A model generated the notes under the pieces. It did no database searches. It saw nothing but the letters and a program-made list of their open reading frames with translations, and was not told where the DNA came from. Positions 19,204 through 28,067 of a DNA stretch of 64,000 bases are shown piece by piece. How positions within the stretch are numbered: position 1 is the stretch's first letter; every line of letters starts with the position of its first letter. Made by a program: the position numbers and the translations under genes. Origin of the DNA: an uncultured Acidimicrobiales bacterium (GTDB lineage Bacteria > Actinomycetota > Acidimicrobiia > Acidimicrobiales > SZUA-35); contig CAVQRR010000013.1 in assembly GCA_963715325.1 (NCBI GenBank), forward strand, positions 192,060 to 256,059, written 5' to 3'.

Positions 19204-20373
19204 GTGCAGACCGAGTCAGACGATCCCTGGGGCCACGGCCACTACGGAACCTTCCGGCCCCCGGTCGACATGGCGACCAGACCGGAGCCGGCGGCGCCGC
19301 TCGACATCTGCTTCCTGGTTGGTTCGCTCGACATCAGCGGCGGCACCTACGTGATCCTGCAGCACGCGCTCGAAGCCCACCAGCGCGGTGAACGGGTGGT
19401 GATCGTGCCGCTGTTCGCACCCACCGCGGAAACCACGGACTGGCACCAGGCTCTCCGCGAGCTGCCGATCGCCACGCTCGACGAGATCGGCGACCACCGG
19501 TTCGATCTGGTGATCGCCACCTGGTGGCGCACCGCCTACGAGCTCCACCGGGTCCGTGCGAGCCGCTACCTCTATTTCGTGCAGTCGGTCGAGGCCCGCT
19601 TCTACGCCTTCGACCAACCGAGGTTCGCCGCCCTCGCAGCCGAGACCTACGACATGCCGCTGAGCGTGATCACCATCTCGCCCTGGATCCAGGCCTACCT
19701 GGGGCTGGAGCACGCACGGCCGGCCCTGCTGAACGCAAACGGCATCGACAAACGGCGGTTCACCCCGATAGGACCGGTGTTCGAGCCTCGGCACGAGCGG
19801 CGGCTCCGGGTGCTGGTCGAGGGCCCGATCGAAGTGAGGATGAAACAGGTCCCGGAGACGATCGAAGCGGTCAGGGACTCCAAGGCCGACGAGATGTGGT
19901 TGCTGACTTCGAGTTCGATCGAGGACTATCCAGGCGTGGACCGCATCTTCAGCCGGGTACCGGTCGACGTGACCCCCGGCGTCTATCGAAGCTGCGATGT
20001 GCTGGTCAAGCTCAGCAGGGTCGAGGGAATGTTCGGGCCGCCGCTGGAGATGATGCACTGCGGTGGCACCGCCATCGCCTGGGACGTGACCGGCCACGAG
20101 GACTACCTCGTCCACGAGCAGAACGGGTTGGTGACACCGACCGGAGACTACGACTCGGTGGTGGCGGCCCTTGACCGGCTGGCCACCGATCGGGAGCTGA
20201 CCGGTCGGCTCTCGGCAGGCGGGCTGCAAACCGCGGCCCGGTGGCCGAGTTGGGCCGAGAGCTCGACCGCGTTCCACCGGTCGCTCCGGCTGCTGGCCAG
20301 ACATCCACAACCGGAATCGGAGAGAGCCGAGATCGTCGAGGCCAGTGAGCGAGGAGCGAGGTTGCTGCGATGA
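19204..20373 (+). CDS. Glycosyltransferase, GT-B fold (family 4-like)
   Basis: 389-aa ORF with a GTG start after GAAAGGAAAAA. The C-terminal half has LVKLSRVEGMFGPPLEMMHCGGTAIAWDVTGHEDYLVHEQNGL, the E-x7-E-like GT4 donor-binding region. Confidence 0.7.
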   Translation: MQTESDDPWGHGHYGTFRPPVDMATRPEPAAPLDICFLVGSLDISGGTYVILQHALEAHQRGERVVIVPLFAPTAETTDWHQALRELPIATLDEIGDHRFDLVIATWWRTAYELHRVRASRYLYFVQSVEARFYAFDQPRFAALAAETYDMPLSVITISPWIQAYLGLEHARPALLNANGIDKRRFTPIGPVFEPRHERRLRVLVEGPIEVRMKQVPETIEAVRDSKADEMWLLTSSSIEDYPGVDRIFSRVPVDVTPGVYRSCDVLVKLSRVEGMFGPPLEMMHCGGTAIAWDVTGHEDYLVHEQNGLVTPTGDYDSVVAALDRLATDRELTGRLSAGGLQTAARWPSWAESSTAFHRSLRLLARHPQPESERAEIVEASERGARLLR

Positions 20374-23300
20374 CAGAACGACCATGGATCCCCTACGACG
20401 TCGAGTTCTTCAGCGACATCGACCGTCCGGACTACGCGGTGGCCCTGTGGGCCGGCCATCGTTGGTTCGGCTACGACCTGGTGCGATGGGCCAGGCCGGA
20501 ACGGATCGTCGAGCTCGGCAGCCACTACGGCTGCTCGTACTTCGCGTTCTGCCAGGCCGCACTGGCCGATCGCAGCGACTGCGAGCTCGTCGCGGTCGAC
20601 ACCTGGGAGGGCGACGAGCACACCGGCCATTACGACGAGACCGTGTTCCAGACCTTCACCACGGTTCTCGAGAGACGCTTCGCCGGTCTGCGGACCAGGG
20701 TCCAACGCTCGACCTTCGACGACGCCCTGTCGGTGGTGGCCGACGGCTCGGTCGACATCCTCCACATCGACGGGCTCCACACCTATGAGGCCGTCAGCCA
20801 CGACTACGAGACCTGGAAGGACAAGGTCGCACCCAACGGCATCGTTCTGTTCCACGACGTGGCGCCTTCTTCGGGTCTCGGGTCCGCCCGCTTCTGGCAG
20901 GAGGTTCGCGAGACCGGGCCGAGCTTCTCGTTCCTGCACAGCCTCGGCCTCGGGGTGCTGCTCCCCAACGGCGTCGAGGGCCGGGAGGCGCTGCTCGATC
21001 TGGGCCGCAGCCCCTGGCGGCCGTACTACGAGCACCGGGCCGGACACGACCTTCGATCCCGCCAGGTCATCGACCTGACGGCCATGGTCGACGCCCGGGA
21101 CGAGGCACTGGCCGCGACCGAACGGCTCGTCATCGACCGGGACGAAGCGCTGGCGGTGGCCGAACGAATGGTCACCGACCGGGACGAGGCGCTTGTGATG
21201 ACCGAGCGCATGGTCGCCGACCGGGACCATGCGCTCACCACCGCCAGGGCCACGATCGCCGCCAGGGACGATGCGCTGACCGCGACACAGGCCACGGTGG
21301 AGGAGTACCGCCGACAGGTGAGCGGCCTCGAGCAGCTGGTGGCTGCTCGCGACGACGCCCTCGCCGCCGCCAACGCCGAGATCGACCGCCTGGAGCAGGC
21401 GCTGGCCGATGCCACCGACCGCCTGGCCGGGATCGAGGCCGACCGGGCCGGAGCTGCGGCCGAGATCGACCACCTCCACCACCACATCGCGGCATTGACC
21501 GTCGATCGGGATGCCGCTGCGGCGGGCCTCGATCTCTACCGCCGGGTGCTGCGGCCGGTGCGGTGGGCTTCCCGCCCGCCCCGTCAGGTCCTGCGCCGAA
21601 TCAGGGGCCGCGACCTTGCCGGCCAGGCCGAGCCGGAGCCGACGATCGACAACGACTCGGAGCCGGTGCCGCTGTTCGACCGCGACTGGTACCTGGCCCG
21701 GTATCCCGATGTGGCCAGGGCCGGTGTCGATCCCTGGACCCACTGGAGCCAGCACGGCTGGAAGGAAGGCCGCGAGCCCTGCCCCCTGTTCAGCGCCGGC
21801 AGCTACCTGGAGCAGAACGAGGATGTGGCCGCGGCCGGCATCGACCCGCTGATCCACTGGACGGAGTCGGGCCGACGGGAGGACCGTGACCCCTCGAGGC
21901 TGTTCTCGACCGAGTTCTATCGCAGCCGCAACGAACAGCGCCTGCAACCAGACCACGACCCACTCCGGCACTACCTCGACGCCGGCATCCCGCTCGGCCT
22001 GTTCGTCTCACCGGCCCACGAGGAACGGGTGCTGAACGTGACGACCCTGGCCGCCGGGAACGACGAGGTGCTGGTCGACGTGGTGGCCCACCACGACGGC
22101 AGCAGCCGGTCGGTGCCCTATTCGATGATCGTCGACCTCGACGCCGACCTGTTCACCTTCGACCTGTGGGACTCGATCCTCACCAGATCGAGGCCGGCCG
22201 ACGCCGCCAAACTGGCAACCGCCCGCAGGATGCGCCTGGCGCTGGGCCTGGGCCCGGAACAGAGCCCGTCGACCTGGGAGCTGATGCGGCGCCGGGTCGA
22301 CATGGAAGCTGCGATCGCCGGGCCCTCCAACGGTGAGTATCTCCTCGGCGATGTGTTGACGAGGCTCCTGGATCAGGTCGCCGCCGAGGGCCTGGACCCG
22401 GCCGATCCCGACGACACCGACTACGACAGCGCCGCCCTGGCCGACTACCTGAGACGGCTGGAGTTGGAGGACGAGATGGCTTCGACGGCGCCGATCGGTG
22501 ACACGGTCGTGGTCATCGAGAAGCTCCTGGCCCGCAGCGATTCGACCCGGGTCGCGGTCCTGTCGGATTTCTACATGGCCGGTGACGACCTCCGCGAGCT
22601 CCTGGCCTACCACGGTTTGAGCAGCGATCGCCTCGAGGTGATCTCGTCGGCCGACGTCGGGGTGTCCAAACATCGGGACGGGGCGTTGCTGGCATGGGCC
22701 CGCGACCGTTTCGGCGTCGAAGCCGGTCGTCACGTCCACATCGGAGACAACCCACACGCCGACGTGGCCATGCAGACCGAGACCGGCGGCATCGCCATCC
22801 ACCTGGTCCACGGCGATCGACGGTTCGTCGGTCCCGGCCGCCTCGATGAGGCCTCCATCGGCGACGCCGTCGCCGAACTCCGAGCCGATCTCGACGCCGC
22901 GGCCGAACTCCACTGCCGCCGAAACGGCCTCAGTCCCGAACCGGCAAACCGCATCGTACGCGCCGCCTGGCGGACCTCGTTGCTGCCGGTGGCGTTGGTC
23001 GCGGCGGCCATCGAAGACGCCGCCGCCAGGGATCTCGATCGGGTTCACTACCTGAGCCGGGAGGGGCTCTTCCTGTCGAGGATTCACGACGAGATCGCGC
23101 CGTTGCTCCAGCCCCAGGGCGCCCCGGCCGGCGTCCACCTGGCGGTCTCCCGCCGTTCGACGTTCGGGCCGTCGCTGCAGGAGATCTCACCGACCAGCCT
23201 GCTCGATCTGTGGCGGATGTATTCCCGGCAGACCCCGCGTGGCCTGCTGGTTTCGCTCGGTGCCGAGGCCGACGATTTCGGGGCCGCCCTCCAACGCTGC

Positions 23301-24167
23301 GACCTGACGTTGGACGAGGTGATCGAGGGCATCCATCTCGACGGCCGGATCCTCACCTTCCTCGAGGATCCGAAGGTCGTCGAAGCGCTGCAGACCCTCA
23401 ACATCGAACGCCGTCATGGGCTGCTCGGGTATCTGGAGCGCAGGACCGATCTCGCTCTCGACGAGATGCTGCTGGTCGACGTCGGCTGGCGGGGCACGGT
23501 GCAGGACAACCTGGCCCGCCTCCTGCCCGATACCCGGTTCGTCGGCTGGTACCTTGCGCTGTTCCCGTTCCTCAACCCGCAGCGACCGAACTGCCACAAG
23601 TTCGCCATCGGCCCCGACGGCAACCTCGGCGACGACATCTCGTTCATGGAGCCTCCCGCCGCCGTCGAGCGGCCGTGGACGCCGGCCACACCCTCGGTCG
23701 TCGACTACCGTTCGATCGGCTCCGAGGCCGGTGTCCCGGTGCTGGACGAGGAATCGCTGACCGACGTGAGCCGGGCGGCAATCGAGGCGTACCAGGATGC
23801 GGTGGTCGACGCCGCCCCGATGGTGGCCCGGTGGATCGTGGCCAACGGTGCGGCCACCGACGTGCTCCGGCCACTGATCGAGACCGAACTGACCTCGTAC
23901 TACAAAACGCCGGAACCGGGAATCGCAGACCTGTGGTTCGACTCGGCCCATGATGACACCTTCGGGGTGCTGAACGTGACTTCCTTCGGCAAGGTCAGGC
24001 CCAGCCGGGAGTGGCTCGCCGGTGGGCCGGGCCCGGCCTTCCTCCGCCACCTCGAGGACGCGGCCGCCGGCTCGTTGTGGCCCGCCGGCTACCGTCGATG
24101 GCAACCGGTGGAAGCGGCGGTGGCCGTCGAGCGGGCGCTGCGCACGAACCGGTTCGACCGGCGCTGA
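20370..24167 (+). CDS. Large multidomain protein: class I SAM-methyltransferase-like N-terminus, coiled-coil repeats, three YPDV-type repeats, HAD-like (COG5610-type) C-terminal region
   Basis: 1265-aa ORF whose ATG overlaps the GT stop (ATGA). The N-terminus has ELGSHYGCSYF..VAVDTWEGDEH..VDILHIDGLHTYEAV..IVLFHDV. Residues ~230-370 carry 13-residue repeats (DRDEALAxxERxV). Three repeats of about 37 aa follow (DWYLARYPDVARAGVDPWTHW..GWKEGREP). FTFDLWDSILTR and VDVGWRGTVQDNL occur in the C-terminal ~700 aa. Confidence 0.65.
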   Translation: MTERPWIPYDVEFFSDIDRPDYAVALWAGHRWFGYDLVRWARPERIVELGSHYGCSYFAFCQAALADRSDCELVAVDTWEGDEHTGHYDETVFQTFTTVLERRFAGLRTRVQRSTFDDALSVVADGSVDILHIDGLHTYEAVSHDYETWKDKVAPNGIVLFHDVAPSSGLGSARFWQEVRETGPSFSFLHSLGLGVLLPNGVEGREALLDLGRSPWRPYYEHRAGHDLRSRQVIDLTAMVDARDEALAATERLVIDRDEALAVAERMVTDRDEALVMTERMVADRDHALTTARATIAARDDALTATQATVEEYRRQVSGLEQLVAARDDALAAANAEIDRLEQALADATDRLAGIEADRAGAAAEIDHLHHHIAALTVDRDAAAAGLDLYRRVLRPVRWASRPPRQVLRRIRGRDLAGQAEPEPTIDNDSEPVPLFDRDWYLARYPDVARAGVDPWTHWSQHGWKEGREPCPLFSAGSYLEQNEDVAAAGIDPLIHWTESGRREDRDPSRLFSTEFYRSRNEQRLQPDHDPLRHYLDAGIPLGLFVSPAHEERVLNVTTLAAGNDEVLVDVVAHHDGSSRSVPYSMIVDLDADLFTFDLWDSILTRSRPADAAKLATARRMRLALGLGPEQSPSTWELMRRRVDMEAAIAGPSNGEYLLGDVLTRLLDQVAAEGLDPADPDDTDYDSAALADYLRRLELEDEMASTAPIGDTVVVIEKLLARSDSTRVAVLSDFYMAGDDLRELLAYHGLSSDRLEVISSADVGVSKHRDGALLAWARDRFGVEAGRHVHIGDNPHADVAMQTETGGIAIHLVHGDRRFVGPGRLDEASIGDAVAELRADLDAAAELHCRRNGLSPEPANRIVRAAWRTSLLPVALVAAAIEDAAARDLDRVHYLSREGLFLSRIHDEIAPLLQPQGAPAGVHLAVSRRSTFGPSLQEISPTSLLDLWRMYSRQTPRGLLVSLGAEADDFGAALQRCDLTLDEVIEGIHLDGRILTFLEDPKVVEALQTLNIERRHGLLGYLERRTDLALDEMLLVDVGWRGTVQDNLARLLPDTRFVGWYLALFPFLNPQRPNCHKFAIGPDGNLGDDISFMEPPAAVERPWTPATPSVVDYRSIGSEAGVPVLDEESLTDVSRAAIEAYQDAVVDAAPMVARWIVANGAATDVLRPLIETELTSYYKTPEPGIADLWFDSAHDDTFGVLNVTSFGKVRPSREWLAGGPGPAFLRHLEDAAAGSLWPAGYRRWQPVEAAVAVERALRTNRFDRR

Positions 24168-24329
24168 CCCTCCGGGCACCCCCGGCGATGCCGGGTACCA
24201 CCCCGGCGCCGGAGCGTGGTCGTTTTCCGATAGTTCATGACTGCGGTCGCACCCTGCGATGTTCGGTGACTTACCATTGACAACAGGCCCGGAACCCACC
24301 GTCGGTGGCGATGTCGGTCGAGGAGTACG

Positions 24330-25007
24330 ATGCAGCGCAGCCAATTCGTCGCCGCGGTTGTCGTCCTGGCTGTGGTGGTCGGGTTGTTGGCTGGCCGATT
24401 CCTGTCCGACACCCCCGAGGACCTGGCCGAGGCTGCGGCCGGCTCGCTCGACGCGGCATCGGATCCAGGCCCAAAGGTGATCAGCGGCGGTGAACAGGCC
24501 GCAGTGGGGACACCCGACGTGCCGGCGGCCCCCGAGGAGGTCGGTCAAGCCCCACCCCTGCTCGGCGAGAAGCCGGAGCTGGTGAACCTCGACGGTTGGC
24601 TGCAGACCGACGCCACCGGACTGGCATCGTTCGACGGCCAGGTCAGGATCGTCCAGTTCTGGACCTTCGGCTGCAACAACTGCAAGGCGACACTGCCCCA
24701 CCTCCAGCAGATCTACGCCGACTGGCACGACCGGGGCCTGGAGATCGTCGGCGTACACGCCCCCGAATTCGACCACGAAGCAGACATCGACAACATCGTC
24801 GGCGCCGCGGCCGACCTCGGCGTGACCTGGCCGATCGCCCTCGACACCGACAAGACCAACTTCCGTGCCTGGCAGGAGAAGCGTCGATTCTGGCCCCGCA
24901 CCTACGTGCTGGATCAGAACGGGCAGGTCCGCTTCGACCACATCGGCGAAGGCAGATACGACGAGTTGGCCGAGACCGTTGCCTACCTCATCGAGAACGG
25001 ACCCTGA
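24330..25007 (+). CDS. Membrane-anchored thioredoxin-fold protein (TlpA/ResA/redoxin family)
   Basis: 225-aa ORF after GAGGAG. It has an N-terminal TM anchor and the motif VQFWTFGCNNCKATLP (CxxC = CNNC) followed by GVHAPEF, as in TlpA-like reductases. Confidence 0.8.
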   Translation: MQRSQFVAAVVVLAVVVGLLAGRFLSDTPEDLAEAAAGSLDAASDPGPKVISGGEQAAVGTPDVPAAPEEVGQAPPLLGEKPELVNLDGWLQTDATGLASFDGQVRIVQFWTFGCNNCKATLPHLQQIYADWHDRGLEIVGVHAPEFDHEADIDNIVGAAADLGVTWPIALDTDKTNFRAWQEKRRFWPRTYVLDQNGQVRFDHIGEGRYDELAETVAYLIENGP

Positions 25008-25065
25008 GTCGAGGCTGGCGGAGTCGAGGCTGGCCGAGTCGAGGCTGGCCGAGTCGAGGCGGGCC
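25006..25065. repeat. 15-bp tandem repeat x4 (GAGTCGAGGCTGGCC consensus)
   Basis: Units at 25006, 25021, 25036 and 25051. The first unit begins inside the TGA stop (25005-25007) of the TlpA-like gene. The same GAGTCGAGGC seed occurs at 29977 and 30092. Confidence 0.9.
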
Positions 25066-25126
25066 GGCACCCGGTCGAGCGGGACATGTCCGGTATTCGA
25101 CATCGCCGGGTTCTACGATCTGATCG

Positions 25127-25720
25127 ATGTCGATCTTGCGACTACTGGCCGAAGGATTCGAGGCGGCGCTGCTCCCCTGCTCCCTCATCCTACTGCTCCC
25201 CGGGGCCGCGGTCGGCCTGACCGCCAGGGCGGCGGCAATCCCCGCGTTCACCTCTTTCGGCGTTGGAGTACTCGGCCTGTCGTGGCTCCGCTTCTCCGAT
25301 CGAGGCGGTGGGTTCTCGCCATTCGTCATCGCGGTGGCCTTGATGGTGGCCACCATTCTGCTGCTGGTGCCCCTGATCAGTCGCCTCGACCTGGCCGCGG
25401 TCCCGGCCGGTCTGCTGGCCGGCGGTGCGGCCGCCGAACTGTGGCGGCCCTGCGTCGGAGACGAATACGGCCAGCTGCTCAACGAGCTGCCCCAGCGGGG
25501 CCTTTCCGGCTTGGCGCTGCAGGCCGTCTACCTGGTGGGCACCCTCTCGCCGCTGATCGCACTGGGGGCGCTGCACCACCTGGTGCCGGATCGCATCCTG
25601 GTCAGGCTCGAACCGATCTGGGCGGTGGTCGGTGGCACCGGCCTGGCACTGCTCTCGTTGGCTACCGCGGTCGAGCTGCACGACGATCTCGTCGGCAAGC
25701 TCTTCGAATGGAGTGTCTGA
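25127..25720 (+). CDS. CcdA/DsbD-like thiol-disulfide transporter membrane protein
   Basis: 197-aa polytopic ORF with two membrane-embedded PC motifs (ALLPCSLILL and ELWRPCVGDE), as in CcdA. It is adjacent to the TlpA-like gene. Confidence 0.65.
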   Translation: MSILRLLAEGFEAALLPCSLILLLPGAAVGLTARAAAIPAFTSFGVGVLGLSWLRFSDRGGGFSPFVIAVALMVATILLLVPLISRLDLAAVPAGLLAGGAAAELWRPCVGDEYGQLLNELPQRGLSGLALQAVYLVGTLSPLIALGALHHLVPDRILVRLEPIWAVVGGTGLALLSLATAVELHDDLVGKLFEWSV

Positions 25721-25799
25721 CCGGGCCGGCCACAGGGGGGCGCGGCCGGCCTGCACCGGCGCTCGCCTCGCCCACCCGGGCCAAGAGAACGTCTGGCGG

Positions 25800-26930
25800 T
25801 CAGGCCGCCGCTTCACGATCGGCGGAGACGGCGTCCAACAGGACGTACTCGGCCTCGGTGTCGACGAAGTCCTCGAACTGGATCACGTGCATCTCCTCGA
25901 ACCGCTTCCGGAGCCAGCCGTCGTTGGCGTCGAGTAGACCCAGCTTCTTGCAGTTGGGAACGATCTTGGCGAACAGCAGCTGCTGGAAAGGATCCTCGTT
26001 CGGATCCTGGGCCGAGAAGGTCCGGATGGCCTCCCTCACGTCGATCCCGAACCGGTCCCAGATCTCCTGACGCTGGAACCGGTCGCGCATCCGGATCGCC
26101 GCGTCGTATGCGAACTCCTGGCGCTCGAACAACTCGGCTTCGGTCAGCTCGGCGTAATACTCCTGGAGGCTCAGAACCCCGAAGGCGACATGGCGGGCCT
26201 CGTCACTCATCACGTACCGCAGCAGCTTCTTGAGCAGCGGATCGTGGGTCTGGTTCATCATGTTGCCGAATGCGGCCAGGGCCAGCCCTTCGACCATCAC
26301 CTGCATGCCGAGATAGGTCATGTCCCAGCGGTGGTCGTTGATGATGTCGTCCAGCAACGCCTGGAGGTGGGTGTTGACCGGGTACCAGCCGTCGGTCTTG
26401 GTGTCGAGGTACTTGGAGAACACCTCGACGTGGCGGGCCTCGTCCATGACCTGGGTTGCCGCGTAGTACTTGGCATCGATCCAGGGCACGGTCTCCACGA
26501 TCTTGGCCGTGCAGACCAGGGCTCCCTGCTCGCCGTGCATGAACTGACTGAGGGCCCAAACCGAGGTTTCCAACTCGAGTTCCAGCCACTCTTTCTCGCC
26601 CCAGCGCTCGAACGACGTGCCGCTGATGTCGACCCCGAGCTCGAGCAGCGTCTCCCGATTGGGGATGCCATTGAGCCGAACCATCTCCTCCTGATCGACC
26701 TCGATCGACCAGTCGAGATCCTTCTCGCCGTCCCACTGGGCGCCCTTGGCCTTCTCGTAGAGCTTGTTCAGCCCGGCCCTGGCACCCTTCTCGTAGTCCC
26801 AGGTGAAGATGGTGTCCGCGTTGTTCTCGACGGTGCGGATGGTGGCATCGACGTCGGTGTTGGTGACGGCCAACAGTTCTTCTTGCTCAGCGGTGAAAGT
26901 CACAGGGGCCTCCGATTCGGTTCCCACCAT
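25800..26930 (-). CDS. Ferritin-like diiron-carboxylate protein (diiron oxygenase, AurF-like family)
   Basis: ORF 25800..26942. The ATG at 26930 is preceded by AAGAGGTGG. There are two E..DEARH metal-binding motifs (QVMDEARHVEVF and YVMSDEARHVAFG) plus HGEQGAL and EGLALAAF helices. Confidence 0.65.
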   Translation of the reverse strand: MVGTESEAPVTFTAEQEELLAVTNTDVDATIRTVENNADTIFTWDYEKGARAGLNKLYEKAKGAQWDGEKDLDWSIEVDQEEMVRLNGIPNRETLLELGVDISGTSFERWGEKEWLELELETSVWALSQFMHGEQGALVCTAKIVETVPWIDAKYYAATQVMDEARHVEVFSKYLDTKTDGWYPVNTHLQALLDDIINDHRWDMTYLGMQVMVEGLALAAFGNMMNQTHDPLLKKLLRYVMSDEARHVAFGVLSLQEYYAELTEAELFERQEFAYDAAIRMRDRFQRQEIWDRFGIDVREAIRTFSAQDPNEDPFQQLLFAKIVPNCKKLGLLDANDGWLRKRFEEMHVIQFEDFVDTEAEYVLLDAVSADREAAA

Positions 26931-26952
26931 CGTAACCACCACCTCTTACAGT

Positions 26953-27234
26953 GTAAAGAGCGGCTCCAAGAGAGCCGCCCGGGTAAGAGAGCCGCCGGGA
27001 AGCGGCCCCAAGAGAGCCGCCCGGGTAAACGAGCGGCCCCAAGAGAGCCGCCCGGGTAAAGAGCGGCCCCAAGAGAGCCGCCCGGGTAAACGAGCGGCCC
27101 CAAGAGAGCCGCCCGGGTAAACAGCGGCCCCAAGAGAGCCGCCCGGGTAAACAGCGGCCCCAAGAGAGCCGCCCGGGTAAAGAGCGGCTCCAAGAGAGCC
27201 GCCCGGGTAAAGAGCGGCCCCAAGAGAGCCGCCC
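26953..27234. repeat. Tandem array of 9 abutting 30/31-bp units (GTAAA[C][G]AGCGGCCCCAAGAGAGCCGCCCGG)
   Basis: Units are directly adjacent with no spacers. The second unit is irregular (42 bp). Unit length alternates between 30 and 31 bp through a variable GTAAAG / GTAAACG / GTAAAC head. The array lies between the stop of gene 27242..27994 and the start of the diiron gene. Confidence 0.9.
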
Positions 27235-27241
27235 TCGCTGT

Positions 27242-27994
27242 CTACAGCGGCCGGGCTCGGAAACCCCGCCATCCGCGACGGGCCAGGGTGATCTGACCCC
27301 ACAACACCCAGAGCGACCCGATGAATGCCAGCAGCGCACCGAATCGGACCCAGCGTCGCAGCGACGTGGCGGCGTCGGACCTGAGCAATCGCACCTCCGA
27401 CACCCGAGCCTGCATCGCGTTGAGCTCGTCGGATATGCGCTTCGTCGCCGCCGGCGAGACCGTGGTCGATTCGCCGAGGGCATCGTCGATGGTGACGGCC
27501 GATTCCTCGAAGCCGGCCAGCGCCTCGCTGAGCTTCGACAGCTCGGCGGGCAACAACCGGTAGAGGGGATGATCGTCTACGGCCTCGAAGCCCTGGTGGG
27601 CGCCGGATGACACATCGACCAGGCCGTCGACCCGGGCCCCCAGCTCGCCGAGGCGGTCCGGGTCGATCCCGTTGTCGCTCACCAGATCATCGGTCTGGTC
27701 GATGCGATCGTCCAACCGATCGAACGCCACCACCACCGGCTGCATCGCCCTGTCGACGGTGTCGGAGGCGGTGAAGCCGGCCCGGATGGAGATGGCGGCC
27801 ATGATGACGGCCAGCAACGTTCCGACGATCCCCGCCACCATCGCCAGCAGCCCGATCAACCGACGACGGGGACCGCCCGCCTCGGCGCCGACCGCCGGGC
27901 CGCCGCCCTCGGCGCCCGGGCCGGTGAGCTCACCCGGATCACCCTCGCCACCTTCGCCCGTGCCTTCGAGAAGCTGATCGATCTCGTCGCTCAT
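27242..27994 (-). CDS. Hypothetical two-TM membrane protein with a helical extracytoplasmic region
   Basis: From the ATG at 27994: an acidic Gly-rich N-terminus, TM1 LIGLLAMVAGIVGTLLAVIMAAI, a helical region of about 150 aa, then TM2 FGALLAFIGSLWVLWGQI. Confidence 0.55.
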   Translation of the reverse strand: MSDEIDQLLEGTGEGGEGDPGELTGPGAEGGGPAVGAEAGGPRRRLIGLLAMVAGIVGTLLAVIMAAISIRAGFTASDTVDRAMQPVVVAFDRLDDRIDQTDDLVSDNGIDPDRLGELGARVDGLVDVSSGAHQGFEAVDDHPLYRLLPAELSKLSEALAGFEESAVTIDDALGESTTVSPAATKRISDELNAMQARVSEVRLLRSDAATSLRRWVRFGALLAFIGSLWVLWGQITLARRGWRGFRARPL

Positions 27995-28067
27995 CGTGAC
28001 CCCTTTCGGCCGTAGCCATCCTAGGGAGCCGACCAGAGCGGCACACCGACCGTCTGCGGCGGAGAAG

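Noticed and set aside
24865-26070. 401-aa ORF containing ESRLAESRLAESRLAESRRA.
   Set aside because: The repeat peptide is just the 15-bp intergenic tandem repeat read in frame. The ORF overlaps the well-supported TlpA-like and CcdA-like genes in other frames.
26953-27234. Possible CRISPR array (nine repeats of about 30 bp).
   Set aside because: The units abut directly with no unique spacers. There are no cas genes in the window and no leader/spacer architecture. It is a plain tandem repeat.
26887-27483. ORFs reading through the repeat array (e.g. 26900..27223, 26946..27302, 26887..27483) with repetitive peptides such as LFTRAALLGP or YPGGSLGAA.
   Set aside because: Mixed 30- and 31-bp units shift the frame from unit to unit, so each ORF changes its repeat peptide midway. 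They are artefacts of a stop-free GC-rich repeat.
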